DNA from: a virus
Lineage: Duplodnaviria; Caudoviricetes
DNA length: 64,000 nt
Strand: one strand, 5' to 3'
Virus record (IMG/VR): IMGVR_UViG_3300025626_000013
Coordinates: 1-64,000 of that record
A program made the position numbers and the translations under genes. Positions 28,819 through 39,301 of the stretch are shown in pieces. The notes under the pieces were generated by a model. It ran no database searches and was not told the DNA's origin. It was given only the letters and a program-made list of their open reading frames with translations. Each line of letters opens with the position of its first letter. Within the stretch, counting starts at the first letter, position 1.

Positions 28819-31356
28819 TTATCCAACTGATATTGGAATATTTCCATTTCTAGCTATGTTAAAATTGCCGCCTTCATTTTTTGCAGCACTAAAATGCATA
28901 GGATCTTTTTTACTATTCCAATCACCGCCCCAACCTAAACCATGTTTTGCAGCAAGTTCTCTAATATTATTAGGCATATCTGTAACCATCCCAGCGCCAA
29001 ATGAAACACCATACTGAACATAATTTTGGGCTGGGTTAATATCAATTGCTGCTCCATGCGCATGCCAGCTTTTTTTACTTGAATTGGCGATATTTCTATT
29101 GCTATAACCATGCAATACTTTAAACTCATAACCAGCTGCTTCTAAATCATTAATTAATCCTTGGAAGTTCGGAACAAATACTTTAGCAATAGATGTTGAT
29201 AACCCATTCTTTGTTGTAATTTTGCCGAGTGGTCCATTATAAGAATTATCTGCTTGTGTATTTGAATTATTTACCGGCACATTTGGATCAGCTGGGTCAT
29301 ATGACATATCTACTACGCCAACATTTGGGTTAGTGCTAAACTCATTAGTTTGATCAAATTCATCTGATGTTAATAGTATTAAATCGCTCGAGCTCTGTAA
29401 TATGTCATTGTAATAAGTAGCAACATTCATTTTATAGGTATTAGTATATGATGAATTAATTTCTGGAGTGATCACCGCAATCTGCATATTCATTATACCG
29501 CTAGGATCGTAATCATCATATCTTAATTCAAGGGAATCAAAATAGCAAAAATCTTTTATAGCTTCAGCCATTTCAAAAGTTTTTTCATAATTTATTTTAC
29601 CGGCGGTATCATATACTTCATAAGCAATGGCCCGACCTTCTGTTGATAAATCAATAAATCCATTAGGTGTTAATTTTTCGGATTGAATTGGAATATAAAC
29701 CCCTTCCGCAACAACAAAATTAATATCATTTAATTTTTTTAATGTTTTAAATGTATTAAATATTTTAGTATGGGGCACAAGATTCTGCGCAATTCTTATT
29801 CGTTTTCCCATATCATCAATTTTCTCAATTGATTTTCTATCTCCTAATGACCCCATAAATTTAGAAATAGGAATATTTGTATCTAATTCGGTTTTCTGGG
29901 TTATTTCTTTAAAATTTGTAGGATTGAATTCTGGGCTAGGTGCAATGTTTACGGTTCTTGCCACTGCTTTTTCCCGCGGTTGAACTCGACTATATGGGTC
30001 AGACATTCCATTAATAGGTTCTGATTCAATTCTTGGTATTGAAACGCTAGTTTGACTCGTACTTCCACTTGGGCTAGTCAATCTAGCAAATTGCGGCGAC
30101 AAAACACCAAATTCAAATTGTTCTTTTAAAAATTCATCATTAGCTTTATTTAATGGATCTTTTAATTTAGCTCTTACTTCAGAAGTTGTTAAAATCCTAT
30201 CTGTTACTCCACCAGTAGGTGCAGTTTTTTCAATTGAATTTTTTAATTCTTCTGTGGGGTCAATGCTGATTTTTTTATATCCAAGCGATGAATTTTCAAC
30301 ATATTGCTCCATATTAGTAGCTGTCGGTTTTGCTGATTGTGCATTGTTTCGTTGTACATTATTAATTCTAACCGATGCACCGCCGCCGCCTAAACCGGCC
30401 GATACATTTGCACTCACGGCTCTTAAAGCATCACCAGACAAGTCTCCAAAGAAAGTATCCGCAAACATTGCTTTAGCAGAAACTGTTTCGGCATGAACTG
30501 TTTTTTCTGTATAGGAATTAAAATTATACATGTAAATGCCTTGGCCGCCAATAGTTCCGGTGCTGCCAATAACAGACATGTCCTGCGCCGCAATATTCAT
30601 ATTTGGTGCAGTTTGAATAAATTCATTTGCGGCAGTAATATACAAATTATCACCAGCATGTACTTCTATTTTATCCTCCGATCTTAAAGTATATTTACCC
30701 TTTACCGAATCAATAACTGTACCAAGTGTTGTTGAAACATAATTTCCAATATTAGTAATGTTTTTACTTTTTTGAACGATCTCTTGCCAATGTCCAACAA
30801 TTTTTTTACGATAATCGCCTAAAACATTAATCATCCAGCTTCCACCAACTCTTAAATAAAAGTCGCCGCCAACATCCATATCTAAATCGCCGGAAACATT
30901 TAAGCTAAGGTTTCCATAATAAGTTAAATGACCATCACCTTCAACAGCCATATAATAATTATCATCTACTATTTCAACTCTATTGCCTTTAGAATTTATT
31001 AAAATTGTGCCATCTGGTTTAATATCAATACCGGCACCAATTGTATGTTTTAGCAATATTCTTTCATTGGCTAATGTGTCATTAAATTCAAAAACATGTC
31101 CTGCTGGCGTTTCATGAACATCATTTAAAGGATATTGAGCAGACAGCGGCGCATTTAAATCTAAATCTACAAATGGAATTCCATTTGATATATCTAATTT
31201 ATGGAATTTAGCATTTCTTGCAGCCAAATTAACAGAACTTTGATGCCAATATTCTGGTTTAGGGTATGTACCTGAACCTTCTACAAACCCATTAGAGTTT
31301 GACATTATTTGGCTTTCGCTTATAATTGCTTCTTCTTTTTCAAAATTTGTTGTCAT
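28819..31356 (-). CDS. gp5 C-terminal (spike) part fused to an M15-family peptidoglycan peptidase
   Basis: YPLNDVHETPAGHVFEFNDT...ERILLKH gp5 motif; C-terminal SWHAHGAAIDIN...WGGDW...DPMHF zinc-peptidase signature. Confidence 0.8.
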   Translation of the reverse strand: MTTNFEKEEAIISESQIMSNSNGFVEGSGTYPKPEYWHQSSVNLAARNAKFHKLDISNGIPFVDLDLNAPLSAQYPLNDVHETPAGHVFEFNDTLANERILLKHTIGAGIDIKPDGTILINSKGNRVEIVDDNYYMAVEGDGHLTYYGNLSLNVSGDLDMDVGGDFYLRVGGSWMINVLGDYRKKIVGHWQEIVQKSKNITNIGNYVSTTLGTVIDSVKGKYTLRSEDKIEVHAGDNLYITAANEFIQTAPNMNIAAQDMSVIGSTGTIGGQGIYMYNFNSYTEKTVHAETVSAKAMFADTFFGDLSGDALRAVSANVSAGLGGGGASVRINNVQRNNAQSAKPTATNMEQYVENSSLGYKKISIDPTEELKNSIEKTAPTGGVTDRILTTSEVRAKLKDPLNKANDEFLKEQFEFGVLSPQFARLTSPSGSTSQTSVSIPRIESEPINGMSDPYSRVQPREKAVARTVNIAPSPEFNPTNFKEITQKTELDTNIPISKFMGSLGDRKSIEKIDDMGKRIRIAQNLVPHTKIFNTFKTLKKLNDINFVVAEGVYIPIQSEKLTPNGFIDLSTEGRAIAYEVYDTAGKINYEKTFEMAEAIKDFCYFDSLELRYDDYDPSGIMNMQIAVITPEINSSYTNTYKMNVATYYNDILQSSSDLILLTSDEFDQTNEFSTNPNVGVVDMSYDPADPNVPVNNSNTQADNSYNGPLGKITTKNGLSTSIAKVFVPNFQGLINDLEAAGYEFKVLHGYSNRNIANSSKKSWHAHGAAIDINPAQNYVQYGVSFGAGMVTDMPNNIRELAAKHGLGWGGDWNSKKDPMHFSAAKNEGGNFNIARNGNIPISVG

Positions 31357-32888
31357 GATATATCTCCCAAAATTTGAGCTGTTGTAGGAGCACCTTTTGT
31401 TGGATCAAATTTATTTTTTCTTTTAAACATTGAAGGCAACCATTCTTCTGGCCAATCGGGATCTTGTTGGGTGCTTGGTTTCATATCCATATGTCCATAA
31501 ATTTCTCCGGCGTCCCATACACTATAAAAGCATTCAGCAATTAATTTAAAAGTTTTTGCTTGAGCATCACTATACCACCGTCCGCCGTATGGATAGCCCT
31601 GCGTACTAAATTTTTCGCCTAATTCGCTTTGCCAATATTCTCGAGTAAGTCCTATGCCCCCGACGCCAGCAACGCCTATTGTTCGCTGATCCATATCTTT
31701 CACATGATTGCCTACTATATTTACTGGTCGACCTCTTTGAATTCTACCATCAGATAAAATAATATAATGATATCCAATACCAGAATAATTATATGGCGGA
31801 TCCATATGCATATCATGTATATGTTGGGCAGTAATCACAGAATCATTTTTAAAATGACCTGTCCAATGATTTACCAATGTTGTAATTTCACGATTCTCTT
31901 TTGCAAAATTAAAATCTGCTATAAGTTCTTCTTTACCAGCAACAATAGGAAATCTATATGGCATATTGGCAGACTTAGTACTAGTTTGATATCCAGCAAA
32001 TTTTTGCGAGGTGGTAATCGGTGCTGTACTTATTGCTGGATTCGGAATTGAATTGCCATTTGTAGTATTAGCAGTAATACTAGTATCTATTCCAGCAACA
32101 GCTTCTTCAATTTCTTTAATTTTTGCGTCACTGCGTTCATTTAATGGTAATGCTTCTATAATTTTATTAATAGCCGTATTCTTATCGCCATTTATAACTA
32201 GCGGAATAATTTTAGATTTTACTTCATCATTTAAGTTTAAAAAAGATATAGCATTTTCAATTTCATTATTTTTTGATGATGAATAAGTTGCTAAGAATCC
32301 AGCACTTTCTGTTAAATTTTTATAATTGTTATTAACTGATCCTAAAATAGAATTAAGTATGGCTAAGCGAGACTGAGTTAACGCATTAGTAGCACCGGGC
32401 ATAGCAGCATTATAATTAGAAGTAATAAATGTTTCGCTTGCTTGTGCATTTGTTTCAATTGGAATAAACGGAGAAATTATATTAAACGGTGCCTTTGTAT
32501 TTGTCACTTGACTTAGTGCATTAGCCATTGCAAAGGGTTTACCTAAAGTAAGAATGAAATTATTTTCGCCATCTCCTACCAGGGAAGATGAGGTCATTTT
32601 AGTAATATCTTGTTTTTCACTTGTTGCACTTCTTAATATATTTTCATAGCCAGGTACAGCTGGGGTAAATTCTACAACTTTTGCATCCGGTATACTTATA
32701 TTTTTTGATTTAATTTCTGGTAAGGATTGAGTATAGTTTAAGATACCGTTTACCACTAATCCTATTTCATTAAAAACTTCGTCTTCTAAATTTTTTAATC
32801 CATAAACACCCTTTGCTACATTAATAATAGGGGTATCGCCTGGAAATCTTGCTGCCAAATTTCCAAGTAATTGTGAAATAGTACTCAT
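31353..32888 (-). CDS. Baseplate-associated N-acetylmuramoyl-L-alanine amidase (Amidase_2)
   Basis: VNHWTG, GIGYHYII..DG.IQRGRP, GNHV, TIGVAGVGG, YGHMD and DP. Confidence 0.8.
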   Translation of the reverse strand: MSTISQLLGNLAARFPGDTPIINVAKGVYGLKNLEDEVFNEIGLVVNGILNYTQSLPEIKSKNISIPDAKVVEFTPAVPGYENILRSATSEKQDITKMTSSSLVGDGENNFILTLGKPFAMANALSQVTNTKAPFNIISPFIPIETNAQASETFITSNYNAAMPGATNALTQSRLAILNSILGSVNNNYKNLTESAGFLATYSSSKNNEIENAISFLNLNDEVKSKIIPLVINGDKNTAINKIIEALPLNERSDAKIKEIEEAVAGIDTSITANTTNGNSIPNPAISTAPITTSQKFAGYQTSTKSANMPYRFPIVAGKEELIADFNFAKENREITTLVNHWTGHFKNDSVITAQHIHDMHMDPPYNYSGIGYHYIILSDGRIQRGRPVNIVGNHVKDMDQRTIGVAGVGGIGLTREYWQSELGEKFSTQGYPYGGRWYSDAQAKTFKLIAECFYSVWDAGEIYGHMDMKPSTQQDPDWPEEWLPSMFKRKNKFDPTKGAPTTAQILGDIS

Positions 32889-33793
32889 TATCCGTAACTC
32901 CTCAATGTCTCTTCAGCAAAATTAATTCTTTTTTGCAATGATGGCGAGGTATACACTCCATTAACTATCGTATTTTCAGGCCTCTCATAATATCTCGAGA
33001 CAGTATATGCCGCTTCTTTTGCCGTTTTAGCATTTAACAGACGATTATTTGCGCTTCTTTCTTTTCCCCGCAATTCATGCAAAGTAAATGCTAATTGCGT
33101 ATTAAGGGCTCTATGATCACTACCTTTTTGTCGAGCAAATTCTTTTAAGTCTGTAAGTCTTCCTGCTCGCCATTGAGCCAATCCTTCGGCCTCCATCCCT
33201 ACATCATCAGGATTATATGCTTTAGGATTTAAAGCCGATTCTGCATAAAAGTTACCAACTATACCGGCAGACTGTGCTGGTGAATAACCGGCGTTAACAA
33301 AGTAATTAAATATTTTTTCTGAATTATTATTACCAACTAAATTTTCATCTATTTCGGTATCTGATTGTGTTGTTTGGTTGCCAAGTGGAGATGGTGAACT
33401 AGCTGGTGAGCTAATCGGAGAACTTGTTTGGGTTTGAGCCGGCAACGCTGCTTCGGCAGCTGCTTGTATTTCGGAAGGAGATTCTATTGTTAGCACCGGC
33501 CCCAATATAAGAGGAATTTGCGATGCTTCTCCATCTAAAAAGAAACCAAATACTTGAGCGCCAGGCAGCATTCTTGGCATATCGCCTAAACCAGAAATAC
33601 CGCTTGAGTTTGCTGGCATTACACACTGTGCCCATGGCAAATACTCATTCGGAACTTCAGCCGAATTATTAGTATGCAATCCATGAATTCTAACTTTAAA
33701 TCGGCCAATTTCAAGAGGATCATCGTTATCGACAATTTTCCCAAAAAACCAATTTGCACTTGCTCCACCAAGCTGATCAGATATAGTTTTCAA
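32888..33793 (-). CDS. gp5 N-terminal OB-fold fused to phage tail lysozyme (Phage_lysozyme2)
   Basis: WFFGKIVDNDDPLEIGRFKVRIHGLH...LPWA...VFGFFLDG OB fold; AGIVGNFYAES...GLAQW...YERP lysozyme. Confidence 0.85.
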   Translation of the reverse strand: MKTISDQLGGASANWFFGKIVDNDDPLEIGRFKVRIHGLHTNNSAEVPNEYLPWAQCVMPANSSGISGLGDMPRMLPGAQVFGFFLDGEASQIPLILGPVLTIESPSEIQAAAEAALPAQTQTSSPISSPASSPSPLGNQTTQSDTEIDENLVGNNNSEKIFNYFVNAGYSPAQSAGIVGNFYAESALNPKAYNPDDVGMEAEGLAQWRAGRLTDLKEFARQKGSDHRALNTQLAFTLHELRGKERSANNRLLNAKTAKEAAYTVSRYYERPENTIVNGVYTSPSLQKRINFAEETLRSYG

Positions 33794-35196
33794 AATTCCA
33801 CCGTTTGACTTAGAATGTTTCCGTAAGTGCTTAATTTGCCTAATGTATGATTGACCCTGTACTCTTCATCTGAAAAAGTATGCCGTGTAGCGTATATTAA
33901 ATATTCGCCGGATCGCTTAGTATCAAAAAGCTGATAATTTTTATTAATATATTCTCTATCATCATTATTTCGCAAAAATTTAATAACAATTTTATTCCCA
34001 ATTGTTAAATTCACGCCTTTTCGTAAAAAATGTAAACCAGCAATGGTTACTGACATTTGAGGTTTTAAAATCCATTCTCTTAAAGCTTTTCCTATTACTT
34101 TTAATTTATGCATTGTTGGGTTAGGCTCTTCATAATAATTTACCCGAAATGGTGAATTTTTTTCAAAATGCATTTGAGACGGTGCAAGTTGAAAAAAATC
34201 CGTAGCTGCATGATCACTAATAATTTTATTATTAATTTTTGTTTCATTATCTAACAAAAAAGTTGACTCTGCCTCGGGTAAAATATTTCGAGAAAGTAAA
34301 TCTTGGTATTTTTCTTTCATTTTAAAATCTATAGGAGTATTTTTTCCGGTAAGTGGATCATAAAAATCCCATTGAGAATTAACTAACCCCTTAATTGCAA
34401 AATACAAATGATTTTCACTATTCAAGGTTTCATAACTTGTAATCGCCCTCCCCTGCTCAAAAATATCTTTATTTTGAGTAGCGTCAGTAATCATTGCCTG
34501 AGAATACCAATATTCATTCCCAGGGCCTGCATTTTGCGCGGGGGTATTTAATAAATTTTCCAAATCAACAAATCGTATAATATCATCGGCAAGACTCGAC
34601 CACATATAAAAGGGAGAACCCGTTTCAGTATTACATCTATCTTTTATCCAATTACAAACTTTTAATGCCGGTGTTCCGGGCGCAACAATTTTCATTTTTT
34701 CTGCAATAAACGGCTCAGCATTTTTGCCAATTTTTATTTCTCGATTAAGCTCATTATTCATTATTTTTTCAATAATTTTAAATGGTTCATCTTCATAACC
34801 ACCGTCAATACTATTTATGGACGACAAATATGCATGCTCTTCAACCAAATGTATTGCATGTAGCTCGGTTTCATCATTCGATTTTTTTGAAAGAGTAATT
34901 TCACTGATTCTAAACACTTTTGTAATTGCATTTGCGTCTGCATTTTCTGTTGTACTAACTGTAACTGTAACTCTTTCAGTACCAAGTAAATTCATTTCGC
35001 TACTAAGATTGCTATTATCCATAAACAATAATGAAGCGGTTAAATATGGCTTATCAATATGTTCAAAAATATCCAATTGCAACGTCATATATGTAATGTC
35101 CCAAGCTTCCATTGAGGCCGCAACACCAGTATCAAATCTTTCAGATTGAATTTCTATTTTTTTAAAATAATAATCATGTGGATTTTTTGCCGACAT
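33790..35196 (-). CDS. Putative baseplate hub protein (gp27-like)
   Basis: IFEHIDKPYLTA...GTERV; SGEYLIYATRHTF; positioned between gp53 and gp5. Confidence 0.6.
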   Translation of the reverse strand: MSAKNPHDYYFKKIEIQSERFDTGVAASMEAWDITYMTLQLDIFEHIDKPYLTASLLFMDNSNLSSEMNLLGTERVTVTVSTTENADANAITKVFRISEITLSKKSNDETELHAIHLVEEHAYLSSINSIDGGYEDEPFKIIEKIMNNELNREIKIGKNAEPFIAEKMKIVAPGTPALKVCNWIKDRCNTETGSPFYMWSSLADDIIRFVDLENLLNTPAQNAGPGNEYWYSQAMITDATQNKDIFEQGRAITSYETLNSENHLYFAIKGLVNSQWDFYDPLTGKNTPIDFKMKEKYQDLLSRNILPEAESTFLLDNETKINNKIISDHAATDFFQLAPSQMHFEKNSPFRVNYYEEPNPTMHKLKVIGKALREWILKPQMSVTIAGLHFLRKGVNLTIGNKIVIKFLRNNDDREYINKNYQLFDTKRSGEYLIYATRHTFSDEEYRVNHTLGKLSTYGNILSQTVEF

Positions 35197-35197
35197 A

Positions 35198-35932
35198 TTA
35201 ACGGCCCGCCATCGAAGTTTTAAATATAGAATCTACAAATTGAATAGTATCTGGTTTAATCACTTTAATTATTTTTAATTTTTCATTTTCTGTATTAAGA
35301 CGATCAAAATGTGTTATTTCTGTTAACAATGCACCTGGGCCGATTGCTGGATCTATATCCACTGTACTATTATTATATTCATAATGATGCGCACTTAAAT
35401 GTTCTCTTGCAAATGAATCTATTGCAATAGATTTCGTAATACCATTATAAACATATGACAACAATTCTCCTTGAGAAAATGCTTTTTCACCGCCAATAAC
35501 AAGCTGATTCAAATCTAAATTTCTTTTTATAATTTGCCCAGAAACTCCGGACGTCATACCTCGAATTGTTGTTCCAACGGTTAATTGCTCATTCATTCCA
35601 GCTATTAATACATCTCGTATTACTACCGTTGTATTTGGATATATATCTTTAGCTTTTTTTAAAAGCTCTGCATTAGTAAGTGGCCAACCTTGTCGTCTTA
35701 AATGATCATTAAGCAAAAAAAACGTCCAATAAAAATTATCATTATTATATAATTTTTGCGAAACATTATCTGGTCTATCACCTTCTAAAATAGTATATTT
35801 TATATATGAACCCGCTGCATCTTTTAATTTATCAACCACATCAGTATATGCAGACAAATTTTGTATACTTGATGGAGTAATCTCATCACCAAAATAATAT
35901 GGAACCCGCGGAAAAGTAGAAAAATATGACAT
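35198..35932 (-). CDS. gp53: Baseplate wedge subunit gp53
   Basis: YFSTFP, YTILEGDRPDNVSQKLY, YWTFFLLN, WP. Confidence 0.88.
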   Translation of the reverse strand: MSYFSTFPRVPYYFGDEITPSSIQNLSAYTDVVDKLKDAAGSYIKYTILEGDRPDNVSQKLYNNDNFYWTFFLLNDHLRRQGWPLTNAELLKKAKDIYPNTTVVIRDVLIAGMNEQLTVGTTIRGMTSGVSGQIIKRNLDLNQLVIGGEKAFSQGELLSYVYNGITKSIAIDSFAREHLSAHHYEYNNSTVDIDPAIGPGALLTEITHFDRLNTENEKLKIIKVIKPDTIQFVDSIFKTSMAGR

Positions 35933-36858
35933 TAGTAACCTCCCAAAATATCGTCTTTAGTGAGTGTGGCTTCTTCCATAAATGTCATAGAAATATCTAC
36001 TTCCGAAAATTTGCCCCCGTCTAAAAAGGACATGCTGCTAGGATTATATGTTGCACTAAAGCTTTTTAAATGAGATTTTTTAATCTTAGTTGCTAAGCGG
36101 TTTTCGCTAGAGCCATATACCAACTTAATATCAAATTTATTTGGGAATCTATATGCGACAGGTAGTCCTGTCGATGCTTCTTTTATAGTCTCTGGATAAA
36201 GCTCTGTTCTAAAAAACTTTATAATATTTGTAATCGCATCGCTTTCATCTTGTGTTGTTGGTTGCAATTTAAAAATAAAGCTAAATTCCCGCATATTTAC
36301 AGATCTAAAAATTGCTCTAGTATTTGGATTTGGAGTAGTTTGTAATGCTGATGTGACAGCGCCAGCAACTCCTTCACTTAAAAATTTGGTAGAGTACCGG
36401 GCAATTAACGCCCTCGCCATATCTTGAGAAGCATTACCACTGATAGCAGTAAGCATATCACTTGCTTCTTGTTTACCAGCATCAAATAATGCCGCCAAAG
36501 TACTGGCCCCACCCACTGCTCCTAACGCTTTATTAATTCCAGCACCAAATGCCATAAGATCAACTGGACCAATATCTACTCCATCATTAATTTGTAAAGA
36601 AGGTGGCATATATAATACTACCTTTTTTCCAACATTGATACTTTGATTTCCATTTGTATTTTGTGACACAGCACTACCGGATTCTTGCGAACCACCAATT
36701 CCAAGTTGTGTTATATCTACTTGCCCATCTAAGTTTCGGCCGCGCGGATCACCATTGCTTACGCTAGGTGGATTAGTTACTGAGACTGAAAAAATAATCT
36801 TTGCTTTATACTTATCCGTGCGCTCTAGAGGAAACTGTAATTTTTGAGATTCGGCCAT
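35932..36858 (-). CDS. gp48: Baseplate tail-tube cap gp48
   Basis: LYMP, NPNTRAIFRSVNMREFSFIFKLQP, FPNKFDI, MTFME. Confidence 0.8.
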   Translation of the reverse strand: MAESQKLQFPLERTDKYKAKIIFSVSVTNPPSVSNGDPRGRNLDGQVDITQLGIGGSQESGSAVSQNTNGNQSINVGKKVVLYMPPSLQINDGVDIGPVDLMAFGAGINKALGAVGGASTLAALFDAGKQEASDMLTAISGNASQDMARALIARYSTKFLSEGVAGAVTSALQTTPNPNTRAIFRSVNMREFSFIFKLQPTTQDESDAITNIIKFFRTELYPETIKEASTGLPVAYRFPNKFDIKLVYGSSENRLATKIKKSHLKSFSATYNPSSMSFLDGGKFSEVDISMTFMEEATLTKDDILGGY

Positions 36859-36910
36859 TTAATTATCCAATAAATAGAGGTAGAGTCAATGAAAACATCT
36901 TACTAGTATT

Positions 36911-36918
36911 TATTTATA
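36911..36918 (-). promoter_or_regulatory. T4-type late promoter (gp48 operon)
   Basis: TATAAATA on the minus strand. Confidence 0.75.
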
Positions 36919-36923
36919 TAAAA

Positions 36924-37421
36924 ATGAAAAAAACATATTCGGGCAAATTTGTTCCAAAAAATCCTAATAAATATGGCGGTGATTATACTGCTATAGTGTA
37001 TCGGTCCTTATGGGAGCGCCATTGCTTCAAATGGTGCGATCAAAATAGTAATGTCAAATCTTGGAGCTCAGAAGAAGTTGTAGTGCCATATTTTTATGAT
37101 GTTGATAAAAAATATCATAGATATTATGTTGATTTAAAAATAACCTTTGTGGACAACAAAACTTTATTAGTAGAAATTAAACCAGAAAAAGAAACCCACC
37201 CACCAAAAAATCCTGGACGTAAAACTAAACAATATTTGCAAGAGGGGCTAACCTATGTTAAGAATGTTAACAAATGGAAAGCTGCAAATAATTATGCTAA
37301 AGATAGGGGTTGGAATTTTGTTATTTGGACAGAAAATACATTAAATGAAATGGGTATTATGCCTAAAATGAAACCACTAAAACCTTTGAAACCTATGACA
37401 AAAAAGAAAAAAAAGCTATAA
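36924..37421 (+). CDS. gp4: Head completion nuclease gp4
   Basis: YSGKFVPKNPNKY, YRSLWER, WSSEE, HRYYVD, VEIKP, NVNKWKAA; true start MKKTYSG at 36924. Confidence 0.9.
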   Translation: MKKTYSGKFVPKNPNKYGGDYTAIVYRSLWERHCFKWCDQNSNVKSWSSEEVVVPYFYDVDKKYHRYYVDLKITFVDNKTLLVEIKPEKETHPPKNPGRKTKQYLQEGLTYVKNVNKWKAANNYAKDRGWNFVIWTENTLNEMGIMPKMKPLKPLKPMTKKKKKL

Positions 37422-37460
37422 TTCTTAAGCAAAATTTTCAAAATAAATTTAAAATATTAT

Positions 37461-37468
37461 TATAAATA
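37461..37468 (+). promoter_or_regulatory. T4-type late promoter
   Basis: TATAAATA immediately upstream of gp2. Confidence 0.8.
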
Positions 37469-37473
37469 GTATT

Positions 37474-38061
37474 ATGACAGATATATTTAATAAATTAGAG
37501 TTAGAAGCATTCAAAGCCGGGATAACTCCACGAACAAAAGAATCAATTGCGTGGTTTCGCAAAAAAGCGCAGAGCATGCGTAATATAAATCGTTCTGCTC
37601 TTTTGAAAGATGAAACCCTCGAATTAGGTAATAAACCTATTGTGGGTAATATGTTTATGTTCTTTTATGATCCTAAAACAAAAGATACTCTTCCATATTA
37701 TGATTCTTTCCCTTTAACTATTATTGTAGGAAAAGCTCCGGGCGGATTTACTGGGTTAAATTTACATTATCTTCCACCTGTACTTAGAGCCAAAATGCTT
37801 GATGGATTAGTAGAAATTACAAATAATTCAAAATATGACGAAACTACTAAATTTAAAGTAAAGTATGATATGCTGCAAAAAGCAACTTCTTTAAAATATT
37901 TTAAGCCATGCTTTAAAAGATATTTAACAGCACATACTCGTAGCCGCTTTGCTTATGTGCCACCACCCGAATGGGAAATTGCCACCTTTTTACCGACCGC
38001 GGATTTCCAAAAAGCAAGCAAATCTACTGTCTATGCGGAATCACGAAAGGCTATAAGCTAA
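37474..38061 (+). CDS. gp2: DNA end protector gp2
   Basis: FYDPKTKDTLPYYDSFPL, GLNLHYL, PCFKRYL. Confidence 0.92.
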   Translation: MTDIFNKLELEAFKAGITPRTKESIAWFRKKAQSMRNINRSALLKDETLELGNKPIVGNMFMFFYDPKTKDTLPYYDSFPLTIIVGKAPGGFTGLNLHYLPPVLRAKMLDGLVEITNNSKYDETTKFKVKYDMLQKATSLKYFKPCFKRYLTAHTRSRFAYVPPPEWEIATFLPTADFQKASKSTVYAESRKAIS

Positions 38062-38591
38062 TGACTTTTAGAATAGATGATTTTTTATCTACTATTGGTG
38101 GCAGGGGCGGTTTAGCCATGCCCAATCTTTATTCAATTGAACTTCCGGCAATAGCTGGTTCCAATTTAACACTTAATGAAAAAAATATTACGTGTAAGGC
38201 TATGAATCTTCCGGGTAGACAAATTGCTACTGCTGAACGATATATTGGTCCTAAAGCAGAAAAAGTTCCATACACATTTATGCAAGATGATATATCTTTA
38301 TCGTTTAATATTACAAATGATTATGCAATACGAAAATATTTTGATCTTTGGATGAATTTAATTGTTAACCAAACGACCTACGAAATATCATATAAAACAA
38401 ATTATCAAAAAGATGTTATTTTACGCGCACAACAAAAAACCGAATCTAATGGAATGATAAGCCCTTATAGTGTGCGATTAGAAGGCGCATATCCTACAAC
38501 AATGAATGCTAATGAATTTAATAATGAAACGACTAACGGACTAGTAGAATTAAATGTCCAATTGTCTTACTATAACTGGAGCCCCTTATAA
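38061..38591 (+). CDS. Tail tube initiator / tube-like protein (gp54/gp19 family)
   Basis: GGLAMPNLY, NLPGRQI, YFDLW, LEGAYP, VQLSYYNW; start MTFRIDD at 38061. Confidence 0.7.
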   Translation: MTFRIDDFLSTIGGRGGLAMPNLYSIELPAIAGSNLTLNEKNITCKAMNLPGRQIATAERYIGPKAEKVPYTFMQDDISLSFNITNDYAIRKYFDLWMNLIVNQTTYEISYKTNYQKDVILRAQQKTESNGMISPYSVRLEGAYPTTMNANEFNNETTNGLVELNVQLSYYNWSPL

Positions 38592-39301
38592 TGGCATTGC
38601 CTAAACTGAATGATATCCCAAAATATGAATTAACAATTCCGTCAACTAACCAAACAGTTAAATTTAGACCATATCTTGTAAAAGAAGAAAAAGTTCTAAT
38701 GTTGGCGTTTGAATCCCAAGATCAAAATGCGGCGTTGAATGCTGTTGTTGATACGTTACGTGCATGCATACAAGAAGATCTTGATATAGATAAATTAAAA
38801 TTATTTGATATTGAATATATTTTTACAAAAATTAGAGCCAAATCTGTTGGAGAATCAGTAGATATTATTGTAACATGCGTCGAATGCGAACACCAAAATG
38901 AAGTAAACATGACTATTGACGATGTAAATGTAACTATACCAGAAATATCAAATAAAATTAATATTACCAAAGATATTTGTGTTGAATTGCAATGGCCAAC
39001 ATATATTAAAACAATTGAAAATTCTTTACTTATGACAACCGAATCCGAAACTATTCAGACAATTGAATTAATGGCGGACTGTTTAGTCTCACTTGAAACA
39101 GAAGAAGAAAAAATATTATTTAAAGATGAGACTAGAGAAGAAATTATTAACTTTTTAGGATCTATGACTAGCACACAATTCGATCTTATAAAATCTTATA
39201 TTGAAAAAATGCCGGTTTTAGAAAAAAAGCATACCCACACATGTGAAAATTGTAAACATACTAGTGAAATACTTATCCGGAATCTTACCGATTTTTTTTA
39301 A
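38591..39301 (+). CDS. gp26: Baseplate hub assembly protein gp26
   Basis: MALPKL..PKYEL.IPS...FRPYLVKEEK, FDIEYIF.KIRAKSVGE, two CxxC, ends DFF. Confidence 0.88.
   Translation: MALPKLNDIPKYELTIPSTNQTVKFRPYLVKEEKVLMLAFESQDQNAALNAVVDTLRACIQEDLDIDKLKLFDIEYIFTKIRAKSVGESVDIIVTCVECEHQNEVNMTIDDVNVTIPEISNKINITKDICVELQWPTYIKTIENSLLMTTESETIQTIELMADCLVSLETEEEKILFKDETREEIINFLGSMTSTQFDLIKSYIEKMPVLEKKHTHTCENCKHTSEILIRNLTDFF

Noticed and set aside
36801-36923. N-terminal extensions given by the ORF track for gp4 (and similarly 37971, 47643, 48110, 48773)
   Set aside because: They overlap neighbouring genes or promoters; downstream ATGs fit the family N-termini better.
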